Both the position numbers and the translations under genes were made by a program. From an uncultured bacterium (GTDB lineage: Bacteria; Verrucomicrobiota; Verrucomicrobiia; Limisphaerales; UBA8199), in NCBI GenBank assembly GCA_963749495.1, contig CAVVMW010000022.1, positions 320,001 to 384,000 of the forward strand: DNA of 64,000 nt, written 5' to 3'. The notes below the pieces were generated by a model, which made no database searches, was not told where the DNA came from, and saw nothing but the letters and a program-made list of their open reading frames with translations. Every line of letters starts with the position of its first letter. Position 1 is the first letter of the stretch. Below, one piece after another: positions 21,771 to 33,000 of this stretch.

Positions 21771-21872
21771 TCCCGGAGGATGAATCGCGCTTTCAGCGCT
21801 CCAGATGATTATTGGCGGCTGTTCCCAGGGCGTTGCCGTGGGCTGGTATGAACGACGCCTTTGGCGTCCAGA
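21771..21872. repeat. Single REP unit, near-identical to 62315-62416
   Basis: Direct sequence comparison. Flanked by GGCTAAA arrays. Confidence 0.75.
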
Positions 21873-22146
21873 GGGCGCACCCGTCGGGAAAGGCTAAAGG
21901 CTAAAGGCTAAAGGCTAAAGTGCGGAACGTCAGCCCACACCCCGCAGCAGGGCACGGGGGTATCAGTGCGGAGGCTTCGGCTTGAGCGACAAAAGGGACA
22001 AAAGCGACGCAAGGGACCAAAGGGACAAAGCAACGCGCCCTTCCAGCCTTCAGCCTTCAGCCTTTAGCCTTCAGCCAGACTGGCATTGCGCGTCGCGCGA
22101 TGTTAGGCTTGCGTGAACATGCCAAAAACGCGATGGATTTAGCGCT

Positions 22147-23094
22147 ATGAGAACGAAACGGCTGGGCAACTCGGACATGCACATTACTCCTGTGGGTTTT
22201 GGCGCCTGGGCCATTGGCGGCGCGGGCTGGGAGTATGGATGGGGGGCGCAGGATGACCGGCAGTCGCTGGCCGCCATCCACCGCGCCCTGGAGCTGGGCA
22301 TTAACTGGATCGATACCGCCGCTGTATATGGGCTGGGCCATTCCGAAGAGTTGGTGGCCAAGGCCCTGCGCGGCTGGTCCGGCCCCAGGCCCTACGTCTT
22401 CACCAAGTGCGGAATGCCGTGGGATGAGCGACGGCAGATCCATTACTCGCTGCAGGCCCAGTCGGTGCGCCGCGAGTGCGAACAGAGCCTGCGCCGCTCG
22501 GGACCGACGTCATCGACCTCTACCAGATCCATTGGCCCACCGACGATTTGGCCCAGACCGAGGAAGGTTGGAGGACCCTGTCGGCGCTCCAGGCCGAGGG
22601 CAAAGTCCGATGGATCGGTGTCTCCAATTTCAGCCTCGACGAGCTCAAGGCCGCGCAAGCCATCGCCCGCGTCACTTCCCTCCAGCCCCCGGTACTCGCT
22701 CATCCGGCGCGAGGCGGAGCCGGAGTTGCTGCCCTTTTGCCAGGAACAAGGCATCGGCGTCATCGTTTATTCCCCGATGGCCTCGGGGCTGCTCACTGGG
22801 GCGATGACCCGGGCGCGCGCCGCCGCACTGCCGCCCGATGACTGGCGCAGCCGCAAGCCCGAGTTCCGCGAACCGGACCTCTCGAAGAACCTCGCGCTGG
22901 TCGAGCGGCTGCGAAAAGTCGGCGCCCTCCATGGACGCTCCCCCGGCGAGATCGCCATCGCCTGGGTGCTGCGCCAGCCCGCCGTCACCGCCGCCATCGT
23001 GGGCGGGCGCAGGCCAGAGCAGGTCGAAGGCATCATCGGGGCAGCCGACTTCCGCCTCGACCCGGCCGACCTGCGCGAAATCGAGAACGCATAA
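22147..23094 (+). CDS. Aldo/keto reductase with two compensating frameshifts (~22497 and ~22690)
   Basis: GFGAWAIGG, IDTAAVYG; the middle segment DVIDLYQIHWP..IGVSNF lies in another frame. Confidence 0.88.
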   Translation: MRTKRLGNSDMHITPVGFGAWAIGGAGWEYGWGAQDDRQSLAAIHRALELGINWIDTAAVYGLGHSEELVAKALRGWSGPRPYVFTKCGMPWDERRQIHYSLQAQSVRRECEQSLRRSGPTSSTSTRSIGPPTIWPRPRKVGGPCRRSRPRAKSDGSVSPISASTSSRPRKPSPASLPSSPRYSLIRREAEPELLPFCQEQGIGVIVYSPMASGLLTGAMTRARAAALPPDDWRSRKPEFREPDLSKNLALVERLRKVGALHGRSPGEIAIAWVLRQPAVTAAIVGGRRPEQVEGIIGAADFRLDPADLREIENA

Positions 23095-23550
23095 GTGAGT
23101 TCGCCCTTGCCCAACGACCCGCCGGTTGTCGAATTCCTGGCCGGGAAGGTGCTCAGGTGGTCGCTGCCGTCGCTCTCGGCCCCGCCCAAGGCCGGCGCCC
23201 CGCTTCTGAAACGGTTGTGCCTGCCCCAGGGCGAGTTGGCTCAGTTCTACGATGGCGACGAGCCGATCCGCTACATGGCCTTCCTGGAACTGCGCCCCGG
23301 CTGCCCCCGCGGCAATCACTACCACAAGCTGAAGGAGGAGCGGCTCTACGTCATCCAGGGCGAGATCTCACTCGTGGTGCAGGACATCCTGGAACCAAAA
23401 CGTGATGCGATCCCCCTCAGAGCGGGAGACCTGGCCCTCATCCGCACCGGCATCGCCCACGCCCTTTTAGCAGACACCCCCGGCCAGGCCGTCGAGTTCT
23501 CCGCAGCCCGCTTCGACCTCGCAGACACTTATCGTTTCTTGCTGGGGTGA
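23095..23550 (+). CDS. Cupin-fold protein
   Basis: RGNHYH...E.LYVIQG...GIAHA cupin motifs. Confidence 0.7.
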   Translation: MSSPLPNDPPVVEFLAGKVLRWSLPSLSAPPKAGAPLLKRLCLPQGELAQFYDGDEPIRYMAFLELRPGCPRGNHYHKLKEERLYVIQGEISLVVQDILEPKRDAIPLRAGDLALIRTGIAHALLADTPGQAVEFSAARFDLADTYRFLLG

Positions 23551-23747
23551 ACTCCTACCTCAGGAACCTCCGATTCGGTCTTGCTTTTCCCCGGAAAACC
23601 GCCACTGTTCACGTGTCTGTTAGATAGCTTTGCCAGTCTCAGGGCATGGTAAATCTTCAGGTGAACCACGTTCATTGATGATTTGAAACCCGACAGGCGG
23701 GAACAGTCACGAGAGTGCAATGGTTAGCTAGGACATCGATAGAGTAC

Positions 23748-24086
23748 ATGAGTGAGAAATTGTTTGTGGGAAACCTCTCCTTCAAGACCACGGAAAATGA
23801 CCTCCAGGATGCATTTGCCGCCCACGGCACAGTGGTCGAGGCCAACCTGATGATGGATCGGGTGACCGGAAGGCCGCGCGGCTTCGCCTTCGTGACGATG
23901 GGTTCGCCCGAGGAAGCACAGAAGGCGATCGACGCGATGAATGGCAAGGAGATGGACGGCCGTGCCCTGACTGTCAACATCGCCCGCCCCCGCGAGGAAC
24001 GTCCCGGCGGCGGCGGCGGCAGGCGCGGATTTGCCGGACGCGGCGGCGGCCACGACCGGGGCGGTCACGAGCGCGAGCGCTACTAA
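23748..24086 (+). CDS. RRM RNA-binding protein
   Basis: KLFVGNLS (RNP2), RGFAFVTM (RNP1), Gly/Arg-rich tail. Confidence 0.95.
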   Translation: MSEKLFVGNLSFKTTENDLQDAFAAHGTVVEANLMMDRVTGRPRGFAFVTMGSPEEAQKAIDAMNGKEMDGRALTVNIARPREERPGGGGGRRGFAGRGGGHDRGGHERERY

Positions 24087-24117
24087 AGCCCTGTTGGGTG
24101 ATCTGACATTTTGGTAT

Positions 24118-24200
24118 CTTTGTCGCAGCCTTTGTCGCAACCTTTGTCGAGCTCAGCCGGATTTCGACAAAGGTTGCGACAAAGGTTGCGACAAAGGTCG
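24118..24200. repeat. Inverted 12-mer arrays (CTTTGTCGCAAC / GTTGCGACAAAG)
   Basis: Tandem units face their complements. Second instance at 33756-33822. Confidence 0.75.
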
Positions 24201-24472
24201 TGAAAGTCACTCCAGGTCCGGCGCCGCAGGCCGATGCCCTGGGACCGGACCCTGCAAGAACAGGCGCGCGCCGTGAAGGGGCGCCACAGTGCTCTGGCGC
24301 CCCCTTCAGGGCGCCCGGCCGGCGTTTGTGGCCAAAGCCCCAGGGCATCGGCCTAACGGCCTCAGCCCTGGGCTAAGTTCTGGCGGCCCGTTGGGCCGCA
24401 AGGCAGAGCACGCACGGTGGCCCAGTCTCCCTAAAGCCAATTCACAACGCGACATTTGCTTTGCATCCGTCC

Positions 24473-25294
24473 TTAGCGGCGACTGACCACTGTCCCGCGC
24501 AAAAACTCTTGGTAAAACGTTGCAGCCGAGAGCGCAAAGCCTATCAGGGTGATGATCTGGCGCACGCGCCGCTGGGGAATTCGCTGGGCATAATGGGACC
24601 CCAGGAAATAGCCGAGCACCGCCCCGGCGGTCATGACGGCGGCCCTGGGCCAGTTGATGAGCCCGGCCACGATGAACCAGATGGCCGCGACCAGGTTGAT
24701 CAATGAGCCGAGGATCGTCTTGAGCGCGTTCATCTGGTGAATGTGGCGCAGCCCGAGGAACCCGAGGGCGGCCAGCATCAGGATGCCGATACCGGCCCCG
24801 AAGTAGCCCCCATACAACGCCACCGCGAATTGGAACATCATGGCTGCCCAAAGCGCCCGCCGGCCTCCGGCCCTCGGGACGGCCCGGCCGGACTCGCGCT
24901 CGTCCGGTTCAGTGCCCGCCCATCGCGCAAAGGCGTGCTGGGCCAGGAACAAGAGCGTCGCAAACAGGATGAGAACCGGGACGAGCTTCGAGAAGGTCCG
25001 GTTGCCGGTGCAGGTCAGGAGGATGGCGCCGGCCAGCCCGCCCAGGATGCTCGGCGGCACAAACCGCCACAGCCACTGCTTGACCCCCTGGAGGTGCTGC
25101 CGGTAGCCGTAAATCCCGCCCGAGGTGCCGAGGATCAACGCCAGGGTGCTGGTTGCGTTGGCGACGATGGGCTTGACTCCGAAGATCAGCAGCGCCGGAA
25201 AGCTCACCAGCGTGCCCCCGCCCGCCACGGCATTGATGGCCCCGGCCGCCGCCGCCGCCAGCGCCAAACCCGTGATCTCCGTGAACGTGTGCAT
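24473..25294 (-). CDS. TauE/SafE (TSUP) family permease
   Basis: AGAINAVAGGGTLVSFPAL, YGGYFGAGIGILML. Confidence 0.9.
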   Translation of the reverse strand: MHTFTEITGLALAAAAAGAINAVAGGGTLVSFPALLIFGVKPIVANATSTLALILGTSGGIYGYRQHLQGVKQWLWRFVPPSILGGLAGAILLTCTGNRTFSKLVPVLILFATLLFLAQHAFARWAGTEPDERESGRAVPRAGGRRALWAAMMFQFAVALYGGYFGAGIGILMLAALGFLGLRHIHQMNALKTILGSLINLVAAIWFIVAGLINWPRAAVMTAGAVLGYFLGSHYAQRIPQRRVRQIITLIGFALSAATFYQEFLRGTVVSRR

Positions 25295-25374
25295 TGTTGT
25301 CGTGAAAATGGAACTCCCGTGGCGAGTTGGCGTTCCTGGGGAAAAGCGCCAGAGGACTGGCGCACTCCAAAGCG

Positions 25375-26967
25375 CTAGCGCGCTCTCCGCGGCCCTGGAA
25401 ACCGCGCCAGCGTTTTGGACTGCGGCAGTCCACTGCCGCTTTCACCCCGCCGACGCCTGAGCACGCCCGTGCGGGGCTGCAATGCGCTCCGCCACCGCTC
25501 CAATTGTCTGCTGACCTGGCGCGTGCCCGGAGCGCCCGTCAGGTTTCGCCGGGCCATGGCCTTGTCGAGGTTGAAGGTCTGGAGGGCGTCCGCAGCGAAG
25601 CGCTTCTCCACCGATTGGAGTTGCGCCAGCGCAAGCTGGTTGAGCGGTTTGCCGAGGCGCTCCGCCATTGCCACGAGCGTCCCCACGGCATGATGCGCCT
25701 GGCGAAAGGGCAGGCCCTTGCGGACCAGGTAATCGGCCAAATCGGTTGCCAGCAGGGCCGGGTCTGACGCGGCCGCCAGGCAGGCCCGGCGGTTGGCCGA
25801 TGCGTGGCCGAGCATGGCGGCGCACAGCCGCACCGTGGCGCGCACCGTGTTGACGGTGTCGAACAGCCGCTCCTTGTCCTCCTGCAGATCGCGGTTGTAG
25901 GTCAGGGGCAACCCCTTGAGCAGGGTGAGCAGGCTCACCAGGTTCCCGATCACCCGGGCGGCCTTGCCCCGCGCCAGTTCCGCCACGTCCGGGTTCTTCT
26001 TTTGCGGCATCAGCGACGAGCCGGTCGTGTAGGCCTCCGCGATGCGGATGAAATTGAACTCGCTGCTGGCCCACAGGACCAGGTCCTCGGCCAGGCGCGA
26101 CAGGTGTACCGCCAGGAGCGCGGCGTTGCCGCAAAACTCGACGGCAAAGTCCCGGTCGCTGACCGCGTCCATGGAGTTCTGCGCCACGCAGGGCCGCCCC
26201 CGGGCATCGACGAACCCGAGCAGCCGGGCGACCATCTGGCGGTCCAGCGGCAGCGTCGAGCCTGCCAGGGCCCCGCTGCCGAGCGGACAGACGTTCAGGC
26301 GCGCCAGCCCCTGGCCGAACCGCTCCCAGTCCCGCCCGAGCATCTCTACGTAGGCCAGCAAATGGTGCGCCAGATAGACCGGTTGGGCCCGCTGCAGGTG
26401 GGTGTAGCCCGGCACGAGCACCCCGCTCTCGCGCAGCCCCAGCTCGACCAGCGCCCGCTGCAACGCCCGGACCTCCTCCAGCAACCCCGCCGTCTCCTCC
26501 CGCAGCCAGAGCCGCAAGTCCAGCGCCACCTGGTCGTTGCGCGAGCGGCCCGTGTGGAGCTTGGCCCCAGCCGGCGCCCGCCGCGTCAACTCCGCCTCGA
26601 TGTTCATGTGTACGTCCTCCAGTTCCGGCCGCCACACGAACCGCCCAGCCTCGATTCCGAGGCCGATCTCCTCCAGCCCACGCCGAATCGCCCCCAACTC
26701 CGCCCGGCTCAGCAGCCCGGCCTTGCGCAGCATCGCCGCGTGCGCCATCGAGCCGCGGATGTCCTGCCGCCACAACCGCCAGTCGAACGAAACTGATTCC
26801 GTGAACCGCGCCACCTCCGCAGCGGGGCCGCCGGCAAAACGCCCGCTTCGCGAGACCGGCGCCGGACCCGGCGCCGCGGAAACGGAATCCACCGGCACCC
26901 CCAAGGGCAACGTTCTGGCCCGATTGGCGTCCTGGTTGCGGCTCCGCCGCGCTGAGTTGCTCTTCAT
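25375..26967 (-). CDS. argH: Argininosuccinate lyase
   Basis: EDVHMNIE, LHTGRSRNDQ, GYTHLQ, GSSLMPQKKNPD, YNRDLQEDK. The 3' end overlaps a REP palindrome at 25342-25443. Confidence 0.97.
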   Translation of the reverse strand: MKSNSARRSRNQDANRARTLPLGVPVDSVSAAPGPAPVSRSGRFAGGPAAEVARFTESVSFDWRLWRQDIRGSMAHAAMLRKAGLLSRAELGAIRRGLEEIGLGIEAGRFVWRPELEDVHMNIEAELTRRAPAGAKLHTGRSRNDQVALDLRLWLREETAGLLEEVRALQRALVELGLRESGVLVPGYTHLQRAQPVYLAHHLLAYVEMLGRDWERFGQGLARLNVCPLGSGALAGSTLPLDRQMVARLLGFVDARGRPCVAQNSMDAVSDRDFAVEFCGNAALLAVHLSRLAEDLVLWASSEFNFIRIAEAYTTGSSLMPQKKNPDVAELARGKAARVIGNLVSLLTLLKGLPLTYNRDLQEDKERLFDTVNTVRATVRLCAAMLGHASANRRACLAAASDPALLATDLADYLVRKGLPFRQAHHAVGTLVAMAERLGKPLNQLALAQLQSVEKRFAADALQTFNLDKAMARRNLTGAPGTRQVSRQLERWRSALQPRTGVLRRRRGESGSGLPQSKTLARFPGPRRAR

Positions 26968-27185
26968 ACATCGTCGAGGATCCCATCCAGAGGTTTGAGC
27001 CCGCCTTGCTCGATTTCTTTCTCAGCTTTTGCCCACAGGCGGTCGAGCCGCCCGGTCTCTGCATCCACCTCAATTTGCCGGTCCCACTTGCGATTGCGCT
27101 CCTCGTCAAACCACCGCGACAGCTCCGCAAACTCCCTGCGCGAGAGGTGGGCGATGGCTTGCTCGATTTCCACGACAGAACTCAT
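26964..27185 (-). CDS. Small antitoxin-like protein
   Basis: VEIEQAI..L...WDRQIE.D...GRLD pattern seen in small TA-associated proteins. No toxin follows. Confidence 0.5.
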   Translation of the reverse strand: MSSVVEIEQAIAHLSRREFAELSRWFDEERNRKWDRQIEVDAETGRLDRLWAKAEKEIEQGGLKPLDGILDDV

Positions 27186-27407
27186 GTTTCCTTCTTAACC
27201 CAGGCTCCAAGGGTTCTGCAAGCGGTTTCGATGGCAGCATCTGCCGGAGAATAGAAGGCATGTCACAATTTGGGACACGGCAGGCTGCGAGGACGCCACG
27301 GGGTCCCCGGAGCGTGTGTTCAAACACAGAGACGCGAAGAACGCAGAGATCGGCCTCGTTTGTTCCCGCTGCACTGCCTTAGGCATCCTTCTTGCTCTGT
27401 CCAACGC

Positions 27408-28224
27408 GTGTATCTGGATTACTATGGGCTGACGGAGCCGCCGTTCGACATCTCGCCGAACCCGCGGTTCCTGTTCTATAGCGCCAAGCACCGCGAGGCC
27501 TTCAATCACCTGCTCTACGGCATTCGCGAACGCAAAGGTTTCGTCCAACTCACCGGCGAGGTCGGGGCCGGCAAGACCACGCTCTGCCGGGCGCTGCTCG
27601 AGCAGTTGGACGGCCGCTTCGCCACGGCCCTGATCTTGAACCCGGTCATGAGCGCGCTCGAGCCTGCTCAAGGCCATTGCCACTGAATTTGGTTTGCAGG
27701 TGGGCGGGCTGGATCGGCTCGACATCCTGGCCATCCTCAACGAGTTCCTCCTCCAGCAGGCCGAGGGCAGCCGGGACGCGGTGCTCTTGATTGATGAGGC
27801 CCAGGACCTGACGGATGAGTTGCTCGAGCAGGTGCGGCTGCTCTCCAATCTGGAGACCGACAGCCGCAAGCTGCTGCAGATCGCGCTGCTGGGCCAACCC
27901 GAGTTGCGCGACCGCCTCAACAATCCCCGCCTCCGCCAACTGCGCCAGCGCATCACCGTCCGCTACCACCTCCTGCCCCTGGGCCAGGGCGAGGTCAACC
28001 GCTACATCCAGCACCGGCTCGAGATCTCCGGCGCCAACGGCACCCCTTACTTCACCCGCCCCGCCCTGTGGCGCATTTATCGTTACAGCCAGGGCGTCCC
28101 CCGTCTCGTCAACGCCGTCTGCGACAAGGCCCTGCTGGCCGGCTTTGTCCAGCAGCGCGAGCGCATTGATTTCACCATGATCGGCCGCGCTGTGCGTGAA
28201 CTGGAAGGACATTTTGCCGCATGA
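27408..28224 (+). CDS. ExeA/GspA-like AAA ATPase, frameshift near 27655
   Basis: YYGLTEPPF..PNPRF, TGEVGAGKT, IDEAQ, GQPEL, GVPRLVN. Confidence 0.88.
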
Positions 28225-28844
28225 GCTTGATTAACGATGCTTTGAAACGGGCCAAACAGGTCCAACAACAGGCCCCGCCCCGACCCCGTGCCGGCCCGGA
28301 ACCTCGCCCTGTGGCGGGCACCCCGGCTCTGCCTGGAACACCGCGTTGGATACGGCTTGGCCTGCCGGCTGCGGCCGGGTTGCTCGCCTGCCTTCTGATA
28401 TGGAACGGGATTCGGACCCATGGCCCTGTGCCGGTTGCCGCCGCCGGCACCCGCCCCACCACGCCTGCGCTCTCCTCCCCGCCGCCCAAGCTCGACCCGC
28501 CCGCCCCGGCCCCGACGCCAGCCGAGCCAGCGGCCCCCGCCGGCGAGTCTGGCTTGGTCCCAAGCACTAATGCGCCCGCCGCCGGAATCGCCGATGCTCC
28601 TGCTCCGGGCCAGGCCACGAACTCGCCGGCCGCTTCCGTATCCGCACCTGAGCCGCCGCCCGCGGGGCCTGCGTCACTGAGACTCCAAGCCATCGTCTTT
28701 CACCCGACCCGGCCCTCGGCAATCATCAGCGGCAAGACCCTGTTTGTTGGCGACACTCTTGGCGAGATGCACTTGGTCGCCATCACCCGCGGCACCGCCA
28801 CCCTCGTCGGAGGCGGCCAGACTAACCTGCTCACCCTGCGGTAG
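28221..28844 (+). CDS. ExeB/GspB-like protein
   Basis: MSLINDALKRA start, TM helix, Pro-rich linker, LQAIVF..SAIISG; coupled to the exeA-like gene. Confidence 0.7.
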   Translation: MSLINDALKRAKQVQQQAPPRPRAGPEPRPVAGTPALPGTPRWIRLGLPAAAGLLACLLIWNGIRTHGPVPVAAAGTRPTTPALSSPPPKLDPPAPAPTPAEPAAPAGESGLVPSTNAPAAGIADAPAPGQATNSPAASVSAPEPPPAGPASLRLQAIVFHPTRPSAIISGKTLFVGDTLGEMHLVAITRGTATLVGGGQTNLLTLR

Positions 28845-28907
28845 GGCCAGAAAACGGAAAACAGTCTGGCTTTCGTTCGTGCTCCCAGGCACCTTGCGGC
28901 TTGGTCT

Positions 28908-29930
28908 ATGAGCCGTGCGTTTGACTACGACAGTCCCTGGAAAGAGGCCTTGCGCCTCTACCTGCGCTCATTCATGCGCCTGTGCTTTCCCGCAGTCGAG
29001 CCCGCCCTGGACTGGTCACGCCCGCCGGAGTTTCTCGACAAAGAATTGCAGCAGATTGTGCGCGAGGCCGAGGCGGGCCGGCAGTTTGTGGACCTGCTGA
29101 TCAAGGTCTGGCTGCTCGACGGGACCGAGGAATGGATTCTGTTGCACATCGAAGTGCAGCACCGGCCAGAGGCGGCCTTCGAGCAGCGGGTTTATCGTTA
29201 CAACTACCGGGCCATGGATGTGTATGGCAAGCCGGTGGCCACGCTGGTCATCCTGGCGGACGCGGACCCGCGCTGGCGGCCGACGCACTACGAGATGGTG
29301 GTTCCCGGGACGCGGGTACGGTTTGACTTTTCGGTCTGCAAGCTGCTAGACTTGGTGGCAGATGAAACCGGGCTGCGGGCAAGCCGGGAGCCCTCGGCCG
29401 TGGTGGTGCTGGCCAATTGGGCGGCGCAGCAGGCGGGCAAGGACGCGCAGCGGGGCTTGGCGTTGAAATGGGACCTGACCCGGCGGCTGTATGAGATTGG
29501 ATTGGAGAAGGCGGACATCCTGGAGTTGTTCCGCTTGGTAGATTGGTTGCTGAGGCTGCCGGAGGACCTGGAAGTCCGATTCCGGCGGCAGGTGTATGAA
29601 TTCGAAGCGGAGCAGGTTATGCCATACGTAACGAGCGTAGAAAGGTCCGGGATTGAAAAGGGCATTGAGATCGGCATCGAAAAGGGCATCGAAAAGGGCA
29701 TCGAAAAGGGCATCGAAAAGGGCATCGAAAAGGGCATCGAAAAGGGCATCCAACAAGGCCAGGTGATGAACTGTCGGCAGAACATCCTGGACCTGCTGGA
29801 GGCGCGGTTTGGGGCGGTGCCTGGGGCGGTGCGGGAGCGGGTGAACGCCGAAACCGACCTGGAGCGGTTGCGCGGGCTGCACCGTCTGGCGGGCACCTGT
29901 GCGAAAGAGGAAGACTTTCCGCTCCGTTGA
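28908..29930 (+). CDS. Rpn-like / DUF4351-type putative PD-(D/E)XK protein with GIEK repeats
   Basis: DYDSPWKE, EFLDKEL, VDLL, HIEVQ; 12-bp tandem GGCATCGAAAAG at ~29650-29750. Confidence 0.7.
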   Translation: MSRAFDYDSPWKEALRLYLRSFMRLCFPAVEPALDWSRPPEFLDKELQQIVREAEAGRQFVDLLIKVWLLDGTEEWILLHIEVQHRPEAAFEQRVYRYNYRAMDVYGKPVATLVILADADPRWRPTHYEMVVPGTRVRFDFSVCKLLDLVADETGLRASREPSAVVVLANWAAQQAGKDAQRGLALKWDLTRRLYEIGLEKADILELFRLVDWLLRLPEDLEVRFRRQVYEFEAEQVMPYVTSVERSGIEKGIEIGIEKGIEKGIEKGIEKGIEKGIEKGIQQGQVMNCRQNILDLLEARFGAVPGAVRERVNAETDLERLRGLHRLAGTCAKEEDFPLR

Positions 29931-30079
29931 TCGGCTTGCCTTTCCTCTTCGGGAAACGCGTCAGGCCCGGCGCGGGTGACCCATGACGCGACCGGCGGCA
30001 GGCCCTTGCCTGATTGAACCACTGATAGCTGGCCCTAAAAACCATTTGCCCGCCCCCGATTGTTTCGCAACATTAGGCC

Positions 30080-33000
30080 GTGCAAGCGCGATTCTTGCTG
30101 GGGCCGGCGGGGAGCGGGAAGACGTTTCGATGTCTGACCGAAGTGCGGCATGCGCTTGGGGCGTCGCCGGACGGGGCGCCTCTTCTGCTGGTTGCGCCCA
30201 AGCAGACCACCTACCAACTGGAGCGGCAGTTCCTGGCTCACCCGAGTCTCCCGGGCTATACGCGCCTGCACATCCTGTCGTTCGAGCGCCTGGCTTACTT
30301 CATCTTCGAGCGACTTGGCCTGCCTGCGCCGGAGATGCTCGAGGAGGAAGGCCGCCTGATGGTGCTGCGGGGTTTGCTGGCGCGCAAGCGCCACGAACTG
30401 AAGCTCTTTCGCGCCAGCGCCCGGCTGACCGGCTTTGCCCAGCAGCTCAGCATGGTCCTGCGCGAGTTGCAACGGCACCAACTCACCCCGGAGTCTCTGC
30501 AGGAGTTGGCCGGCGAGGTCCAGGATGTCGAGGGCCTCACCTACAAGCTGCAGGACTTGGCCACGCTGCTGAGGGACTACCTGGACTGGCTCAAGGCGCA
30601 CCGTTTGAAGGACGCCGATTGCCTCCTGGGCGCAGCCGTCGAGGCGCTCGGCGGGGCAGGGGAAGAGACCCCTGAACCGCAGTCCAATAGTATCCAGACG
30701 CGAGTGTCGAGTGTCGAGTGTCGGGGAAACGCAGCAAGACCGCCCCTCGACAATCAACCTTCGTCCCTCGCCCCTCTTCACGGCAGCCCCCCCAAGCCGG
30801 GCCTTGTGCTGTCCATTGACCAGCTCTGGGCGGACGGTTTTGTGGAGTGGTCGCCACAGGAGTTGGACCTGCTGGCGGCACTGATGCCCCGCTGCCGACA
30901 GGCGACGCTTACCTTCTGCCTGGATGGCCTGGCGGCGGGGAAGATCTCCTGGCTCTCGAATTGGTCGGTGGTGCGCAAGTCCTTCGAGGAGTGCCGGAAA
31001 CGGTTTGGCAACCTGCCCGATGTCACGCTCTCGGTCGAGATGCTCCCGCGGCACCCCGAGCGCGGCCGCTTCCTGAACAACCCGGTCTTGCAGCACCTGG
31101 AAAAGTCCTGGTCCCAGCCGCAGCCTTACTCGCCGCCGCCGCAGCAACCCGGTGCGCCGCCCTCACCCGGTTGCGATTCAGGCCCCGCGCCGGACCAGAC
31201 CTTGATCCGGAGCCTGCGGCTGGCGCTGTGCCCGAACCCGGAGGCGGAGGCGGCCCTGGCAGCGCGTGAAATCCTCAGGCACGTCCGCCAGGGCGGCCGC
31301 TACCGCGAGGTGACCGTGCTGGTGCGCCGGCTGGAGGGTTACCACCAGCCGCTGCAGCGCACCTTTTCCCGCTACCAAATCCCGTTCTTCCTGGATCGGC
31401 GCGAGTCGGTCTCCCACCACCCCTTGGCCGAGTTGACCCGCAGCGCCTTGCGCACAGTGGCCTTCGGCTGGATGCGCGACGACTGGTTTGCCGCGCTCAA
31501 GACGGGGCTGGTGCCCGCCTCCGAGGTCGAGGTGGACCGCCTTGAAAACGAGGCCCTGGCCCGCGGCTGGCAGGGCGCAATCTGGCAGAAGCCGATCCTG
31601 CTGGGGAGCGACCCCGAATTGACCGCCTGGCTGGCGGGCCTGCACCGGCGCCTGCTGCCGCCCTTCCAACGGCTGGCCCTGGCCCTGGCCAGGCGGCAAA
31701 GCAGGCCCGCGGGGCCGGATCTCGCCGCCGCCCTGCGCGACTTCTGGGCCGCCCTTAAAGTCCACGAGCGACTCGATCGATGGGCGGCGGCGGAAATCTC
31801 CAGCGCCCAGTTCCGCATCCCCAGTTCCGTCCACGCCACCGTTTGGGAGCAGATGAACGCCTGGCTGGCCAACGTGGAATTGGCCTTTCCCGCCGAACCG
31901 CTGCCCTTGCGCGAGTGGCTGCCCATCCTGGACGCCGGCCTGGCCAACCTCACCGTCGGTGTCATCCCTCCGGCCCTGGACCAGGTGCTCGTCGGCGCCA
32001 TCAACCGGTCCCGCAACCCGGACATCAAGCTCGCCCTGGTGCTCGGCCTCAACGACACGGTCTTCCCCGCGCCACCCGAGGCGAACCTCCTGCTGACCGA
32101 AGCCGACCGGCTGGAGTTGGAAAAGCGCAGCATCGTCCTGGGCTCGACCGCCCGCCAGCAACTGGGCCGGGAGCGTTACTATGCCTATATCGCCTGCACC
32201 CGCGCCCGGCAACGCGTCGTCCTGACCGCCGCGTTGCACGACGATAACGGCGCGCCGCTCAACGCCTCTCCATTCTTGTCGCAGGTCCGCCGGCTCTTTC
32301 CCTCGCTGCCCCTGGAGGTGGTCCCCTCGGAGCCGGACTGGCGTTCCAGCGAGCACCCCAGCGAACTGGTCGTGCCCCTGCTCAGAGCCAGGGCCTCGTC
32401 GGGCGGGCCTCCAGCCGGCGCAAGTCCCTCCCTCGGCCCTCGGCCCTCGTCCCTCGTCCCTCGTCCCTCGTCCCTCGCCCCTTGGCCCATCACGGCCCTG
32501 GCGGACCTGCCCGCCCTGGCGTCGGTGATGGAGCAGTTGCGCCATTTTCAGGGCCCTCGATTTGCCGAGCGGCTTGCGCCCGACCTGGCCGCGCGGCTCT
32601 ATGGGCGCATCCTGCACACCTCGGTCAGCCGCATGGAGCAATTCGCCGCCTGCCCGTTCAAGTTCTTTGTCCACTCCGGGCTGCGGGCGGAGGAACGGAA
32701 GCGGTTCGAACTGGATGTCAAAGAGCAAGGCACCTTCCAGCACGATGTCCTGGCCCTGTTCCACCAGGAATTGCGCCGCCAGGGCAAGCGCTGGCGCGAC
32801 ATCACGCCCGCCGAGGCGCGCGAGCGCGTCGCGTGCATCGCCAACAGCCTTATCGCCAGCTATCGGGACGGCCTGCTCCAGGCCAGCGAACAGAGCCGGT
32901 TCATGGCCCGCATCCTGACCGAATCGCTCCAGGACTTTGCCGAGACGCTGGTCGGCTGGATGCGCCAGCAGTATCAATTCGACCCGGTTGAGGTGGAATT

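Noticed and set aside
29650..29750. 12-bp tandem repeat as a special element
   Set aside because: It encodes the GIEK repeats that are ordinary in this protein family.
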